A DNA stretch of 64,000 nt from Candidatus Wildermuthbacteria bacterium (GTDB lineage Bacteria > Patescibacteriota > Minisyncoccia > Minisyncoccales > UBA10102). Below the pieces are notes generated by a model. That model was not told the DNA's origin. It searched no databases and saw only the letters and a list, made by a program, of their open reading frames with translations. The DNA is taken from the NCBI GenBank assembly GCA_016181405.1, contig JACOZJ010000003.1, positions 176,126 to 240,125 on the forward strand. The letters run 5' to 3'. A program made the translations under genes and the position numbers. Numbering within the stretch: the first letter of the stretch is position 1; each line of letters opens with the position of its first letter. Positions 1-11,151 of this stretch are shown piece by piece.

Positions 1-716
1 CTCAAAACTACTATTTAATAGCCCTACGAGCCCTTCTAAGCTATTTTTTGGCCAAGGACATAGTTTCCCTGCCTCCGGACAAAGTAACCCTCCCAAAAGA
101 CGCGAAAAATGAGAAAACCATCAAATTCCTTACGTTAGAACAGGTAGAAAAACTGCTCAACGCCCCGGATGCTTCAAACCCTACTGGATTGCGAGATAAA
201 ACCATTCTAGAGACATTGTTTTCAACGGGATTGCGTATTGCGGAGCTCGTAAGTCTCAACCGCGAACAGTTTGATTCTGTTTTGGACAAACAGGATTTTG
301 AGCTTGGCATCATTGGCAAAGGCTCGCGGCCTCGCACAGTGTATTTTTCAGAACGCGCTCTAGAATGGCTCAAAAAGTATCTTAAAACTCGCGGCGACAA
401 ACAAAAGGCCCTTTTCATCAACTATAGGGGGCGTACCCAAGAGGAAAGCCGACTCACCGCTCGTTCCATCGAGCGAATCATCAAAAAATACGCCCTCAAG
501 GCCGGAGTACCCTTCTTTACTACTCCTCATACGCTCCGCCACTCCTATGCTACGGACCTCCTCTCACAAGGCGTGGACTTACGCAGCATTCAGGAATTTC
601 TCGGCCACAAAAATATTATGACTACGCAGATTTATACGCACGTAACCAACAAAAGATTGCGCGATATACACAGACAATATCACAGCGGCAAAAATCTCAA
701 ATCGCAAGGACAATAA
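1..716 (+). CDS. tyrosine site-specific recombinase, XerC/XerD family (5' partial, open to window edge)
   Basis: In-frame ORF runs to position 1. C-terminal catalytic region HTLRHSYATDLL...LGHKNIMTTQIYTHV carries the R-H-R-Y signature. Hairpin terminator at 721-745. Confidence 0.85.
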   Translation, partial: QNYYLIALRALLSYFLAKDIVSLPPDKVTLPKDAKNEKTIKFLTLEQVEKLLNAPDASNPTGLRDKTILETLFSTGLRIAELVSLNREQFDSVLDKQDFELGIIGKGSRPRTVYFSERALEWLKKYLKTRGDKQKALFINYRGRTQEESRLTARSIERIIKKYALKAGVPFFTTPHTLRHSYATDLLSQGVDLRSIQEFLGHKNIMTTQIYTHVTNKRLRDIHRQYHSGKNLKSQGQ

Positions 717-827
717 TACCGGGTTTTCAAGCCCGGTATCTTCCATATTCAAAATGTCGCACAATATTTAATCTGAAAATCCTCCCCGTAACACGGTTCT
801 TTTGCTTTGCTTCCAAGCAGAATATTG

Positions 828-1079
828 CTATGTTCCTTCTAAAATACCTACGAGAGCTCCTTCGGACGCTTTTTCCAAAACTTTTACTCCTACTTCATCC
901 CCTGCCTCCCCTCTTTCGATCGGCTTATAATCTTTTTGCATCGAGGTCACCTCTTGCTCAAACACATGATCTCCCTTTTCTATTCTGATGTGATCTCCTA
1001 GCTTGAGTTCATCTTGGAGCTTAACAATTGCTACTCCTGCTTTTCCGTAGTAATGAGTAACCTTACCTATTGGTTTCAT
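828..1079 (-). CDS. small EF-Tu domain-2-like (beta-barrel) protein
   Basis: MKPIGKVTHYYGKAGVAIVKL...GDHIRIEKG pattern is typical of elongation-factor-like single-domain proteins. Confidence 0.5.
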   Translation of the reverse strand: MKPIGKVTHYYGKAGVAIVKLQDELKLGDHIRIEKGDHVFEQEVTSMQKDYKPIERGEAGDEVGVKVLEKASEGALVGILEGT

Positions 1080-1150
1080 AGTAATTGCTTGAAATTCTGT
1101 CTCGACCTTTCCCCTATTTTCATATTACTACTTTTCTTCCGATGAAGAAA

Positions 1151-1648
1151 TTATGAATTCAGTTGCCAGATTGAATAGTTGAGATACGCGGCAAAAGCAA
1201 CCCAACCAGCATATGGAAGCAGCAAATACGCAGCTCCCCTACTAATGCCCCAAAACTGCCATATGGTTGCCAAGATCACGAGAAACAATATTGCAATACC
1301 GAATAACGCGAGTAATGGCTCTCTTAGTCCAAAAAAGAGATACGACCACAAAGCGTTGAGCGCCAATTGGAAAAAAAACAATCGGAGAGCTGCGCAATGG
1401 CATTGTTCTTTTGTTCTCTTTCTCCATACGAGATACAGCGCGATACCCATAAACGTGTAGAGCGTAAACCACACGGGGCCAAACACCCAGCCAGACGGTG
1501 TCAAAAAAGGCTTTGCAAGCTGCGCGTACCACGTGGGGGTTGCGGACACCGTAAAAATCGAACCTACAACGCCGGCAATCTGGCAAACCGCGATCGCAAT
1601 GGCGAGCTTAAGGATTTCTTTCACTTTTTTATTTAAGCTTGCTGCCAA
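1151..1648 (-). CDS. tspO: TspO/MBR tryptophan-rich sensory protein
   Basis: Five-TM protein, Trp-rich. LAKPFLTPSGWVFGPVWFTLYTFMGIALYLVW motif. Confidence 0.8.
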   Translation of the reverse strand: MAASLNKKVKEILKLAIAIAVCQIAGVVGSIFTVSATPTWYAQLAKPFLTPSGWVFGPVWFTLYTFMGIALYLVWRKRTKEQCHCAALRLFFFQLALNALWSYLFFGLREPLLALFGIAILFLVILATIWQFWGISRGAAYLLLPYAGWVAFAAYLNYSIWQLNS

Positions 1649-1970
1649 GCTCCACGCTTATCTTTGCGGGCGTAATCAATATCCAGCCTAAACCTTCGGC
1701 ATTCTTAAATCCCAATGTTAATACTTCAGATTCAAAGTTTGCGACTTTCTTGGGCGGAAAATTGACAACACAACACACTAACATACCTTGCAATTCTTCT
1801 TTGGTGTGAGCGCCCACCGCTTGCACGCTTGAAGATTTTGTGCCGATTTCCGGTCCAAAATCTATCTTAAGTTTAAAGGCGGGATTTCTGGCTTCTGGAA
1901 AATCTGCTGCCTCTACTATTCTCCCCAGCCTAATATCAACCTTCGCAAAATCTTCGTAAGATATAATCAT
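1629..1970 (-). CDS. tRNA-binding protein (CsaA/EMAP-like OB-fold)
   Basis: 113 aa. KVDIRLGRIVEA...KLKIDFG motif of tRNA-binding OB domain. Confidence 0.75.
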   Translation of the reverse strand: MIISYEDFAKVDIRLGRIVEAADFPEARNPAFKLKIDFGPEIGTKSSSVQAVGAHTKEELQGMLVCCVVNFPPKKVANFESEVLTLGFKNAEGLGWILITPAKISVELGSKLK

Positions 1971-2032
1971 TTGTGTATTCTATCAAAAAACCACCTCTCT
2001 GGCGAATTCCGCGGCAATACACCTAAATTGTG

Positions 2033-2305
2033 TTATAGTTCCTTCGCGAAGTCGGGAAACTTTCGCTGCACTTCCCACACATCAAAACTCCGCATTATAG
2101 AATATTTGGACTGCTTTTTTAGCAAGAAACGAAAACATTTTTTTATGAGATCCTCGGGTGACACTCGCCCACCAGTAAGCGTTTCCCAATGCTGGCGGTC
2201 TACCTTTACCAAAAACCCGACATCTTCTGAATCATGTCCGAGGAGAACCGCATACCTCCATGTTGATCCATCTGCAGATTTTCTGATGATTTGAATCGGC
2301 TCCAT
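2033..2305 (-). CDS. hypothetical protein
   Basis: 90-aa ORF with coding-like composition and no recognisable motif. Confidence 0.35.
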   Translation of the reverse strand: MEPIQIIRKSADGSTWRYAVLLGHDSEDVGFLVKVDRQHWETLTGGRVSPEDLIKKCFRFLLKKQSKYSIMRSFDVWEVQRKFPDFAKEL

Positions 2306-2669
2306 GGAACTACATTAATTTAAATACTTTCAGTGAAAATCAAAATGTCTTTAGATTTTAAAGATTCCCATTGAAAATATTTAATTTTTGAAAGGTTCTC
2401 CCACTTTCATTAAAACAATATCAACCGGCCTTGTCAACCCCGTCCAGCCCGCAAACTAAATACCCTGGCCATATCTGATAAGATTTAGGGATTGAGAAAA
2501 ACTATCTATCGCGAAGATTCCTCTACTAGAAGGTTAAGCGAACCACAAATGTCGCACACTGTATTAGGACTTTGGGCGGGAGTGTTCGGAGCGCTTGGCA
2601 AGATTTTGAGCCCGCACAATCTTGCGATACCGAAAGCTCGAAGGCGTACGGTACGCGGGCTTCCCTGCC

Positions 2670-3737
2670 TTACCCCCTACTTTGCTGTAATTTTTCATAG
2701 AGTATGTTTTTCTTAATAGCTCCTTCCTCACGAATCACGTAGTCCAAAATTCCCAAGAGCACAATGTTACCCGCGAGCCCGGCGAGAGCGCCAAGTTCTT
2801 CTCGGAAAAATAGCAGCACATTAACCAAGAATATCGAAACAAGGACCGCGGAGCGGAAGAAATGATATGCGGCAAGCCGCGAGCGGCGCATCTGAATTAT
2901 TCCCGCCACTACCAGCAAGCCCGCGACAGCAGACGAGATTAACTCTCCCACCTCGAAAAAAGAAATATCCGAAAAATCCCATGCGAGCGAGAATCCGCGC
3001 GCGCGCCATACAACCAACAATATTTGCACTATCGCAAAAAGCGAATTCCAGATAAACACAAGAACGACCACCTTCGAGAACTGCGGAGTTTGCACGAGTT
3101 TCGTGTAAAACCTATGGATAAACTTTCTCCCTTTCTCGTACAGATTTTCTTTTGGCGCGACCGCTGACAATCTCTGCGCGAGAGATTCTAGAGCCTGTCT
3201 TACAGGATGTGCGGGAGGAACACCTTCAATAAGCTTTGCAAGCTGCGCTTTTTCTTTCTCATCCATGCCGCGCAACACTGCCTCCTTCGTAAGTTCGAGT
3301 GCATTCACCAAAGATTCCTGCTCGGTCATGCTCTGGAATTGCCCAATGTATCGAAACACCAAATAGAGTAAAACAAAGATAATATAAATGAGGGCGACTG
3401 TGGGCTGAAAAAAGTAGTTATGGTCGCTTGTAATAAATTTACCCAGCTCGTCGATAAACGCGCCGAAGCCCGCTCCACCAAAAATCGCAGCGAATTTCTG
3501 TACAGACCCTCCTAAGAATCCCAGCACAAGCACAAGCGCGGCAAGCATAAAAAACCCGCCCCAAAGCATATGGGCAATGTGAAGCGACCCTAACGTCAAT
3601 TGTGGATATCCGGTAATCTGTAGATAAAAACGAATGAGGAGAAAGGTAGAAATCGCGGAAACCAAAAACATCTCGAGCAGGTTTTCTGCCTCCATATTTC
3701 GTACGAAAAATTGTGGAACTTTCCGCCCTTCCTTCAT
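2670..3737 (-). CDS. polytopic membrane protein of unknown function
   Basis: 355 aa with multiple hydrophobic helices and a central soluble segment. Confidence 0.6.
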   Translation of the reverse strand: MKEGRKVPQFFVRNMEAENLLEMFLVSAISTFLLIRFYLQITGYPQLTLGSLHIAHMLWGGFFMLAALVLVLGFLGGSVQKFAAIFGGAGFGAFIDELGKFITSDHNYFFQPTVALIYIIFVLLYLVFRYIGQFQSMTEQESLVNALELTKEAVLRGMDEKEKAQLAKLIEGVPPAHPVRQALESLAQRLSAVAPKENLYEKGRKFIHRFYTKLVQTPQFSKVVVLVFIWNSLFAIVQILLVVWRARGFSLAWDFSDISFFEVGELISSAVAGLLVVAGIIQMRRSRLAAYHFFRSAVLVSIFLVNVLLFFREELGALAGLAGNIVLLGILDYVIREEGAIKKNILYEKLQQSRG

Positions 3738-3884
3738 TTAGAAATACTACCGAGAACTTTGGTAGTAATTACCCGTTACCCTATCATATTTGGGCGCATT
3801 TCGCAATCCAAAAAATAAACTGCGGCTGGGATTTTGATCCCAAGCCGCAGTTATCGTACGAACTGAAGGGTTTTCATGCCTTCT

Positions 3885-4088
3885 CTACCTTTTGGTAATT
3901 TGTATTGCAACCTTTAAATCAGTGGGGCTCTCGAATGCCTCTATGGGCAAATCATCGAGCATCGCAATCATGTCTTCGGACGCCCCTTTTCTGACTGCTT
4001 CATTCACGAGCGCTTCCTTTCTTATTGGATAGACAATATCACGCAGTACCCTTTCAGCCCGTTTCGCCTTGGGCATCAGGTACGGCAT
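3885..4088 (-). CDS. small hypothetical protein (DUF2795-like)
   Basis: 67-aa ORF. Confidence 0.35.
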   Translation of the reverse strand: MPYLMPKAKRAERVLRDIVYPIRKEALVNEAVRKGASEDMIAMLDDLPIEAFESPTDLKVAIQITKR

Positions 4089-4162
4089 AGAAGTATGGAA
4101 TGACGCATTATTATGCGATCGACCTTTGTGTCTTTATTATAAAGTATAAGCAAGTAACCCTG

Positions 4163-4576
4163 TCAAGAGTTTGTGTCTTCTTTTTCTAATGCAAGGCAGA
4201 CCGAATTGATGCAATAACGCTTGCCGCCCATGGGACCACCCGCCTTGCTTCGCAAATGGCGAGGCAGGTCATCAAACACATGGCCGAGATGCGAGCCGCA
4301 CCGCTTGCATTGCACTTCGGTCCTGCGCATACCGCCACTCAGATCCTCTTTGAGCTCGATATTCTTGAGATTCGCTGGTTCAGTAAAACTCGGCCAGCCA
4401 GTACCCGAATCAAACTTCGTATCAGAAGAAAACAGCTCAACTCCGCACGAGGCGCATTTGTACATTCCTTTCTCATGCGAATTCCAATACTTACCGGAAA
4501 AGGGCTGCTCGGTCCCCTTCTCCCGCATCACGTAATACTGCTCTGGCGTAAGTTTTTCCTTCCATTCATCTTTCAT
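4163..4576 (-). CDS. msrB: peptide-methionine (R)-S-oxide reductase MsrB
   Basis: CxxC...CxxC zinc site and [12 protein letters not shown] catalytic motif. Confidence 0.92.
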   Translation of the reverse strand: MKDEWKEKLTPEQYYVMREKGTEQPFSGKYWNSHEKGMYKCASCGVELFSSDTKFDSGTGWPSFTEPANLKNIELKEDLSGGMRRTEVQCKRCGSHLGHVFDDLPRHLRSKAGGPMGGKRYCINSVCLALEKEDTNS

Positions 4577-4580
4577 AGTG

Positions 4581-5120
4581 TTATTTTAGCAGATGGGCGT
4601 ATTTTTGCTGAAGTTTTTGGATTTTCGGGTCAATAACCATTTGGCAGTATGGCGCGTCTCTATTGCGATCGTAATACTCTCGGTGATAAACCTCTGCTTC
4701 GTAGAAATTGGTGAGCGGCTTTATCTCCGTAACGATTGCGCCTTTGTACACTCCTTCTTCTTCGAGCTGCCGTATAAACAATTGCGTAATATGTTCCTGT
4801 TCTTTCGTTGTATAGAATAGAGAAGAACGATATTGACCCCCAACATCCGGCCCCTGCCGGTTGACCTGCGTGGGATCGTGCGTGGAAAAAAACACTGAAA
4901 GAAGCTGTTCATATGAAATAACGCTCGGGTCATATTCAACTTTGATAACCTCTGCATACCCTGTCGTTCCGCTACATACCTGCTCGTATGTAGGATTCTT
5001 TGCGGTACCACCCGCATATCCCGATGTCACATTCTCAACGCCGCGCAATCTTTTGAATACTGCTTCGCCGCACCAGAAACACCCGCCTCCGAACACCGCA
5101 ATTTCGTTTTGTTTTTTCAT
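4581..5120 (-). CDS. msrA: peptide-methionine (S)-S-oxide reductase MsrA
   Basis: GGGCFWC active-site motif. Adjacent to msrB. Confidence 0.92.
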   Translation of the reverse strand: MKKQNEIAVFGGGCFWCGEAVFKRLRGVENVTSGYAGGTAKNPTYEQVCSGTTGYAEVIKVEYDPSVISYEQLLSVFFSTHDPTQVNRQGPDVGGQYRSSLFYTTKEQEHITQLFIRQLEEEGVYKGAIVTEIKPLTNFYEAEVYHREYYDRNRDAPYCQMVIDPKIQKLQQKYAHLLK

Positions 5121-5914
5121 ATTTCCTTAAGAAACTGTAAAATCCCCTGCGCAATCCCCTGAGCGGCCATGTGCGGATTAGTGAGGATAACAGCGCGATC
5201 GCGAGGGTTGGGAAGGTATCCCGTTTCAATGATTGCCGCGGGTGTTGCAGGATGAACGGCGTATAAAAATTTGCTGGAGTTGAAGGCATAATAATATGGC
5301 ATTGATGCGGGGATATAACTTTCCTTCGTAAGCCAAGTCGCTTTACGATACTCTTCACCCAGAAGTTGGGCGAGCCGCTTTGCTTCTCCGCTTTGGTCAA
5401 ACGCTGAAGCTGCCACCTTAAACCCGGAAGCATACGGAAGGCTAGGATTTTGATCGGCGTGAATCGCCACGAAAACATCTGCCCTATAAATGCTCGGCAG
5501 TATAGCGGGCAATAGAGTTACGCCGATACCTTCAGCCTCAAGAATCTTAGCGGTTTCTTGAGCTATGGCAAGGCTCACTTCCCATTCCATTTTTCCACCG
5601 CCCTGTGCCTGCCGTTCTTGGTCTAACGCCCGAAGTTCCCAGGGTACTTCTTCCATCTTCCAATGGCCTACCTGCAAAGCAACCTGCTTTTGGTCTGTGG
5701 AGGCAAGGACCGCCTGCGCGGGCTGTTGAAGCATCACCTGCCTCAAGGACTCGCGAATGACCAAAGCCTGCTCCATAAGTTTATCCACCTGTGCCTTCAG
5801 ACTTGCCACATCCGAAGCCATAGCAAAAGTGGGGTTTGACAACCCCACTATGCTTCCTATGAAAATGGCAATAAAAAGCTTTCTCATTCTAGCACCAAGA
5901 CGACTATGCCACAA
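5117..5914 (-). CDS. N-acetylmuramoyl-L-alanine amidase-like (Amidase_3), secreted
   Basis: Signal peptide. VFVAIHADQNP (SIHAD-like) motif. Confidence 0.5.
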   Translation of the reverse strand: MWHSRLGARMRKLFIAIFIGSIVGLSNPTFAMASDVASLKAQVDKLMEQALVIRESLRQVMLQQPAQAVLASTDQKQVALQVGHWKMEEVPWELRALDQERQAQGGGKMEWEVSLAIAQETAKILEAEGIGVTLLPAILPSIYRADVFVAIHADQNPSLPYASGFKVAASAFDQSGEAKRLAQLLGEEYRKATWLTKESYIPASMPYYYAFNSSKFLYAVHPATPAAIIETGYLPNPRDRAVILTNPHMAAQGIAQGILQFLKEI

Positions 5915-5919
5915 AAGTA

Positions 5920-6327
5920 TTACAAAGACCTCCTCTTTGCCCGCAGACCCCTCGCACGCTTCTTCTCGGCGATTTCTCTATCACTCCAGCCGAAGTGATG
6001 GGCAATCTCGTGATTCACCGTGGCGCGCACCTCACGCTCCACTTCTTCGGGCGTGTCGGCAAAACGCTCAATATTTTTCTGGAAAATAGTAATTTTATTG
6101 GGGAGAACATTGCCAAACCCTTTCCCCCATGCAGTTTCAGATACTCCCTCAAACAGCCCAAGCAAAATGTCGCCGCGCCGCGATCCAGTTTCCTCGAGCT
6201 GCTCTCGCGTCGGCAGGTCTTCCAAACACACGGCTACATTTTCGATGCGTTTTTTCACTTTCCCTGGAAGTTTCTCCAAAGCCCGATTTACCATTTTTTC
6301 AAATTGCTCCCGTGAGTACTTGAGCAT
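5920..6327 (-). CDS. zincin-like metallopeptidase family protein
   Basis: HEIAHHFG (HExxH) motif in a 135-aa protein. Confidence 0.6.
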   Translation of the reverse strand: MLKYSREQFEKMVNRALEKLPGKVKKRIENVAVCLEDLPTREQLEETGSRRGDILLGLFEGVSETAWGKGFGNVLPNKITIFQKNIERFADTPEEVEREVRATVNHEIAHHFGWSDREIAEKKRARGLRAKRRSL

Positions 6328-6336
6328 ACTCCCCTC

Positions 6337-7410
6337 TCACTCTTTCCGATATTGATGTTCCCAAAGCATAATTCCCAGGAAGGCAAACGCGAGAACCGCA
6401 CCGTAAGCCACCAAGAGAGAAACAATGCCGTATTCGGGAATAAAATTCATTGCGAAAGCAAAATACCACGAAAAAAGCGCAAGCGCCCCAATAACAAGTG
6501 CTGGCCGCCGCAAAACAGTAAACCCTGCTGTGCTATCGTCCTTTGATATCTTAGAAAACGGAATAAAAGCCAAGAAAGGAGCATAAATAATCATAAATAC
6601 CGCGCCTGCGAATGCCGCCACGAACAAAGCGATCATTTCAACAAGAAAAACCCATGAACCCACAAACTCTGTGGGATTAGCCACATAGAGAGCAAACTGG
6701 CTCATTACGCAAAACGCGAGACCAACCCAGACAAGTTCGAGAACATCCTTAATAGCTGATAATTCTTTTTCATCAATGTCAGAATCGCGCAAGAACTGCA
6801 AAAACAAAAATACCGCGGACGTCGCTCCTCCCATACCTAACGCGAAACCCAAAAACTTAAGCATAATCAGCAAACTTGTCACGCTCTGCAAAAACATAAT
6901 CGCCTCTCCTAAGCTGACGAGGGCAATAAAGAAAATAGTAAGCGAGAACATTGAGGAAAGGATGCACCAGATGCACCACTTTTTCAGAAGAAATGCCTGC
7001 ACAAACAACAAGTATCCGGAAAAAAGCGAAGCCGACGCGGTAAGCAGCATAAGTCCTGCGCGGAAGATGCCTTCAAAAAATTGCGGAGCCAAAAGCATAA
7101 AAACGTACGAGAAAAAAATAATGGAAAAATACAACATTCCGAGATATTCAAGCCGTATTTCGAAAAATTTTGAATACTTGCTTGTTACCACCGCGTTGCA
7201 CTCGCCGCCCGAAGGGCATACCAATTGTTTGCCGCGTGACTTCGCATACCAAACGTAGGAGGAAACCCCGAATCCTCCGAGCGCGGCTACTGCCACAAAC
7301 GCATAGAACCCTTCCGGCTGCGGAAAGATTACGGTAAGGAAAAATCCGCTAATTCCAAATAACATCAGGCCAAACCACAGGAATATTTCTCTTGAGATAT
7401 ACAGCTTCAT
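6337..7410 (-). CDS. vitamin K epoxide reductase (VKOR) family membrane protein with extra C-terminal membrane domain
   Basis: Loop Cys pair CPSGGEC and in-membrane CxxC (KKWCIWCILS) characteristic of VKOR. Confidence 0.5.
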   Translation of the reverse strand: MKLYISREIFLWFGLMLFGISGFFLTVIFPQPEGFYAFVAVAALGGFGVSSYVWYAKSRGKQLVCPSGGECNAVVTSKYSKFFEIRLEYLGMLYFSIIFFSYVFMLLAPQFFEGIFRAGLMLLTASASLFSGYLLFVQAFLLKKWCIWCILSSMFSLTIFFIALVSLGEAIMFLQSVTSLLIMLKFLGFALGMGGATSAVFLFLQFLRDSDIDEKELSAIKDVLELVWVGLAFCVMSQFALYVANPTEFVGSWVFLVEMIALFVAAFAGAVFMIIYAPFLAFIPFSKISKDDSTAGFTVLRRPALVIGALALFSWYFAFAMNFIPEYGIVSLLVAYGAVLAFAFLGIMLWEHQYRKE

Positions 7411-7949
7411 TTTGAGAAACGCACGGGCATAATAAGTCGGTCGTCGTGTTCGGGCAATCCGGAAGGATTATCTTTTTCGAAAACCAGTGTGCCCTGTTCA
7501 GTGTCTGGTGTTTCGAACTCAAGTGTAGCAAGAAATGGCACAAAATCTTGTGTCATCCATTCATCCTGCGCCTGTACTATAGCAACTGCGATTTCGTTCC
7601 CATCGCCGTCGAAAAGTCGGGCGGGAAAAGAAGCCTCGAAAAACCAAACTCCTCTTGCCTCACCTTCCAATACAAGCGGGCTCGCAATTGTTTGATTCGG
7701 CCGCGGATTAGTAACCCGAATCAAACCATTCTTTTCGAGTTCGTTACCAATGTATTCGGCGAATGTTTTGCCATCTGGCGTCTTACACTGCCTGGGATAG
7801 CTTTCCATCACAGGGTATCCGGCCGAAACACATTCTTGGAAGTTTGTGACCGCAGGCACATTCTCTTTATCCTGAAAAACCTTGTAGGAAATCACGGCGA
7901 CAACTGCGACAAGAATAAAAATCGCGATAATTAAAAATGGCTGTTTCAT
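7407..7949 (-). CDS. Gmad2 Ig-like/GerMN domain secreted protein
   Basis: N-terminal TM/signal anchor. C-terminal region resembles Gmad2. Confidence 0.4.
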   Translation of the reverse strand: MKQPFLIIAIFILVAVVAVISYKVFQDKENVPAVTNFQECVSAGYPVMESYPRQCKTPDGKTFAEYIGNELEKNGLIRVTNPRPNQTIASPLVLEGEARGVWFFEASFPARLFDGDGNEIAVAIVQAQDEWMTQDFVPFLATLEFETPDTEQGTLVFEKDNPSGLPEHDDRLIMPVRFSK

Positions 7950-8284
7950 ACTTCTCTTCGTGTATCTATGAGTTTGCTTTTATAGCGGCGAATTTCTGTC
8001 TTGAGCTTTTCTTTTACTTCGTCCAACGCCAAACGGATATCTGAGCCGGTAAATTCTGCGCGGAGCTGCTGGCCTCCTGGAACGGTTTCAAACATTGCTT
8101 CCGCATAGAACACATCACCCTTCCGGTGATGTCTGGTTGCCCGTGCAATCTCAACGAATACGCAAATCTCGTGATTCTTCTCGAAGCTTTTCAAAAACCG
8201 CTCCAAAGAGCCGATGCGCTTTCTTGCGTATTCCTCAATGTCTTCGGTCGGCTGGAATCTTGTATATTTTAATTCAACCTTCAT
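7946..8284 (-). CDS. hpf: ribosome hibernation promoting factor (RaiA/HPF family)
   Basis: 112 aa. MKVELKYTRFQPTEDIEEYARKRIGSLERF typical N-terminus. Confidence 0.85.
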   Translation of the reverse strand: MKVELKYTRFQPTEDIEEYARKRIGSLERFLKSFEKNHEICVFVEIARATRHHRKGDVFYAEAMFETVPGGQQLRAEFTGSDIRLALDEVKEKLKTEIRRYKSKLIDTRREV

Positions 8285-8325
8285 ACGTTATTACTATTAT
8301 ACCTGTATTTTCGAGTTAGTGTACA

Positions 8326-9027
8326 TCAATGGCCGAAACGTCTTTGGCGCTGCGCGTATTCGGCAAAAGCATCGTCTAAATCCTGTTCTTTAAAATCAGG
8401 CCAATACTTTGGGCAAAAGTAAAGCTCCGCATACGCTCCCTGCCAAAGGACAAAATTCGAAAACCGTTTTTCTCCTCCGGCGCGTATAATAAGATCGGGA
8501 TCGGGAAGGCCGGCGGTTGAAAGTCTTTGAGCAATAGTATCTTCTGTTATTTCTTCTGCCAGAATGCCTTCTTGGACGATTTTGCGTACGGCTTGTGTAA
8601 TATCCCACTTCCCTCCGTAGCTTACAGCCAAGTTTAAGTAAAATCGAGTGTTGTTTTTTGTCTGTTCCTCCACATGGGCAATAACTTTTTGCAAAGAAGG
8701 GCGCAATCGTTCCTTTTGCCCAATAATGCTTACGTGAATCCCCTCTCTCTGGAATTTCTCGATATCTTTGACATTTCCAAGATACTCTTCAAACAAATCC
8801 ATCAGGTAATGGACTTCTTCCTCTGGGCGATTCCAGTTCTCGCTCGAAAAGCCAAAAACGGTAATAACCGTTACCCCTCTTGCCCTGCACCAGTCCAGAA
8901 ACCCTTCAAAATTCTCCTTCCCCCTTCTATGGCCTTCAAGCGTTGGAAACCCCCGTTCTTTTGCCCAACGGCGATTCCCGTCGGGGAAAAGAACCACATG
9001 TTTAGGTATGTTATTCTGTTGTTCCAT
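8326..9027 (-). CDS. uppS: undecaprenyl diphosphate synthase (isoprenyl transferase)
   Basis: HVVLFPDGNRRWA and later RFSNFVLWQ...YAELYF motifs. Confidence 0.92.
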   Translation of the reverse strand: MEQQNNIPKHVVLFPDGNRRWAKERGFPTLEGHRRGKENFEGFLDWCRARGVTVITVFGFSSENWNRPEEEVHYLMDLFEEYLGNVKDIEKFQREGIHVSIIGQKERLRPSLQKVIAHVEEQTKNNTRFYLNLAVSYGGKWDITQAVRKIVQEGILAEEITEDTIAQRLSTAGLPDPDLIIRAGGEKRFSNFVLWQGAYAELYFCPKYWPDFKEQDLDDAFAEYAQRQRRFGH

Positions 9028-9193
9028 ATTCCTCCATCTGTTCGACTCGAATTGGCTCTTTTAACTGCTCTTTTGCCGTAAGATAGCCGACCGCAAACGA
9101 AAGCAAAGAAACCAACACTACCCCTATAGCGAGTATTATATCAATTTCGTACCTCTTTACTCCATCAAATATTTTTACCAGGATATCCCTCAT
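9011..9193 (-). CDS. small membrane protein
   Basis: 60 aa with one TM helix. Confidence 0.3.
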   Translation of the reverse strand: MRDILVKIFDGVKRYEIDIILAIGVVLVSLLSFAVGYLTAKEQLKEPIRVEQMEEYGTTE

Positions 9194-9263
9194 TTCCCTT
9201 TATTCTTAGCATATATCTAGGGGGGTTTACAAATTCTATTATTTTTGCTACCATAATTACATT

Positions 9264-9542
9264 ATGTCAACAACAAAATCTTCAGGAACAGCGAAAAATA
9301 TGCGGGATTCCGCCCCAAAATATCTTGGGGTAAAGCTTTTTGCGGGCCAAAAAGCCAAAGCTGGCCAGATTCTTGTGCGCCAGCGAGGCACTCACTTTCT
9401 GGCAGGCAAAAACGTAGGAATAGGAAAAGATCATACGCTTTTTGCCCTGGGAGAAGGAGTGGTACAGTTTACCACAAAAAGGAAAATAGCGTTCGACCGC
9501 TCTCGCAGAGAGGCTAAAGTGGTTAATGTGATCTTTTCGTAA
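9264..9542 (+). CDS. rpmA: 50S ribosomal protein L27
   Basis: [34 protein letters not shown] signature. Confidence 0.92.
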   Translation: MSTTKSSGTAKNMRDSAPKYLGVKLFAGQKAKAGQILVRQRGTHFLAGKNVGIGKDHTLFALGEGVVQFTTKRKIAFDRSRREAKVVNVIFS

Positions 9543-11151
9543 CACACGCCTTAATAAACTCGCGAAAAAGCGGATGCGGCCGCAAGGGGCGCGATTGAAG
9601 CTCTGGATGGAATTGAGTACCCAAAAAGAATGGGTGCTCTTTTAGTTCCGCAATTTCCACGAGGTCACGCTCTGCGTTAACCCCCGACATCACCATTCCC
9701 TTGCTGGCGAGCACTTCCCGATACTTGTTGTTGAGCTCGTACCGATGGCGGTGCCGCTCTACGATGTCTTCCTTTCCATACGCCCTATACGCAATGGTTT
9801 TTTTGTTAACCTTGCATGGATATGCTCCCAGCCGCATCGTACCTCCATAGCGCTTCTCTTCCAAAAGCACTTTTTGGTCGGGCATTACGTCAATGACCGG
9901 CGTTTTGGAATCTTTCACAAACTCCGTGGAGGTAGCGTCTTTCAAGCCGCACACATTCCTCGCGAATTCAATAACGGCAAGCTGCATCCCTAAGCAAAGA
10001 CCGAAGTATGGAATCTTTTTTTCGCGGCAAAACTGAATAGCTTTAATTTTCCCTTCGATTCCCCTAATCCCAAATCCTCCTGGCACAATAATGCCGTCAT
10101 ATTGCTTAAGTTCTTGGAGCGCTCCGGAATTTTTCTCGTATTGCTCTGCCGACAACCATGTAATTTTGGGCTCTCTCCCGTTCGCCCATGCGGCATGCTT
10201 GATAGACTCAATCACGGAAAGATAAGAATCCATTAAGGTAAAGTCGCCGATCTCAAAGTATTTCCCTACAATTCCTATATGAACAGTTTCTTTGGGAGCC
10301 TGGATTTTTTTGACCAGTTTTTCCCACTCTTTAAGATCCTTCTCCCGCTGCTCCAAACCGAATTTTTTCAAGATACGATTTCCTAAATTGTCATTTTCAA
10401 AGTTTATGGGAATCTCGTAAATAGACGCCACATCGGGAGCGGAAATAACGTCATCAGCGTCCACATTGCAAAAATCTGAAATCTTTTGCTTGCGCGGCTT
10501 ATCAACCGGCACCTTCGCGCGCGCAATAATAATATCGGGCTGAATCCCCGCGGAATTCAAGGCGCGCACAGCATGCTGGGTGGGCTTGGTTTTCATTTCT
10601 CCGATGTTTTCCGGTACCGGCAAATAGGTTACCAGCACAAACAAAACTTGGTCTGGCATTCTCCTTTTCATCATGCGCGCCGCCTCCAGGAACAATAGAT
10701 TTTGGTAATCACCTACAGTACCACCCACTTCAACCAAAAGAAAATCGGCCTTATCTTTCTCGGCCGCAAGCTGAAGTCGCGAAATCACCTCTTCGGGAAT
10801 ATGAAGTACTACTTCTACGGTCTTGCCGTTGTATCCCAAATTCCGTTCACGATTTATAACTGCCTGATAGACTCGCCCCGTGGTAAGATAGTTGGCGCTG
10901 CCGAAATCCTGATCCAGAAATCGCTCATAATTTCCTATGTCCTGATCGCATTCCGTTCCGTCTGAAGTCACAAAAACTTCTCCATGTTCCAAAGGATTAA
11001 GAGTACCGGCATCAACATTGATATATGGGTCAATCTTTGCTGCCGATACACGGAATCCCTTGCTCTGAAGAATTTTTCCGATGGATGCCGTGGCGACACC
11101 CTTTCCCACCCCCGAAATTACCCCCCCCGCGACAAAGATAAATTTCGTCAT
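9523..11151 (-). CDS. pyrG: CTP synthase
   Basis: 542 aa. N-terminal synthetase domain and C-terminal GATase (GLCLGMQ) motifs. Confidence 0.95.
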   Translation of the reverse strand: MTKFIFVAGGVISGVGKGVATASIGKILQSKGFRVSAAKIDPYINVDAGTLNPLEHGEVFVTSDGTECDQDIGNYERFLDQDFGSANYLTTGRVYQAVINRERNLGYNGKTVEVVLHIPEEVISRLQLAAEKDKADFLLVEVGGTVGDYQNLLFLEAARMMKRRMPDQVLFVLVTYLPVPENIGEMKTKPTQHAVRALNSAGIQPDIIIARAKVPVDKPRKQKISDFCNVDADDVISAPDVASIYEIPINFENDNLGNRILKKFGLEQREKDLKEWEKLVKKIQAPKETVHIGIVGKYFEIGDFTLMDSYLSVIESIKHAAWANGREPKITWLSAEQYEKNSGALQELKQYDGIIVPGGFGIRGIEGKIKAIQFCREKKIPYFGLCLGMQLAVIEFARNVCGLKDATSTEFVKDSKTPVIDVMPDQKVLLEEKRYGGTMRLGAYPCKVNKKTIAYRAYGKEDIVERHRHRYELNNKYREVLASKGMVMSGVNAERDLVEIAELKEHPFFLGTQFHPELQSRPLRPHPLFREFIKACVTKRSH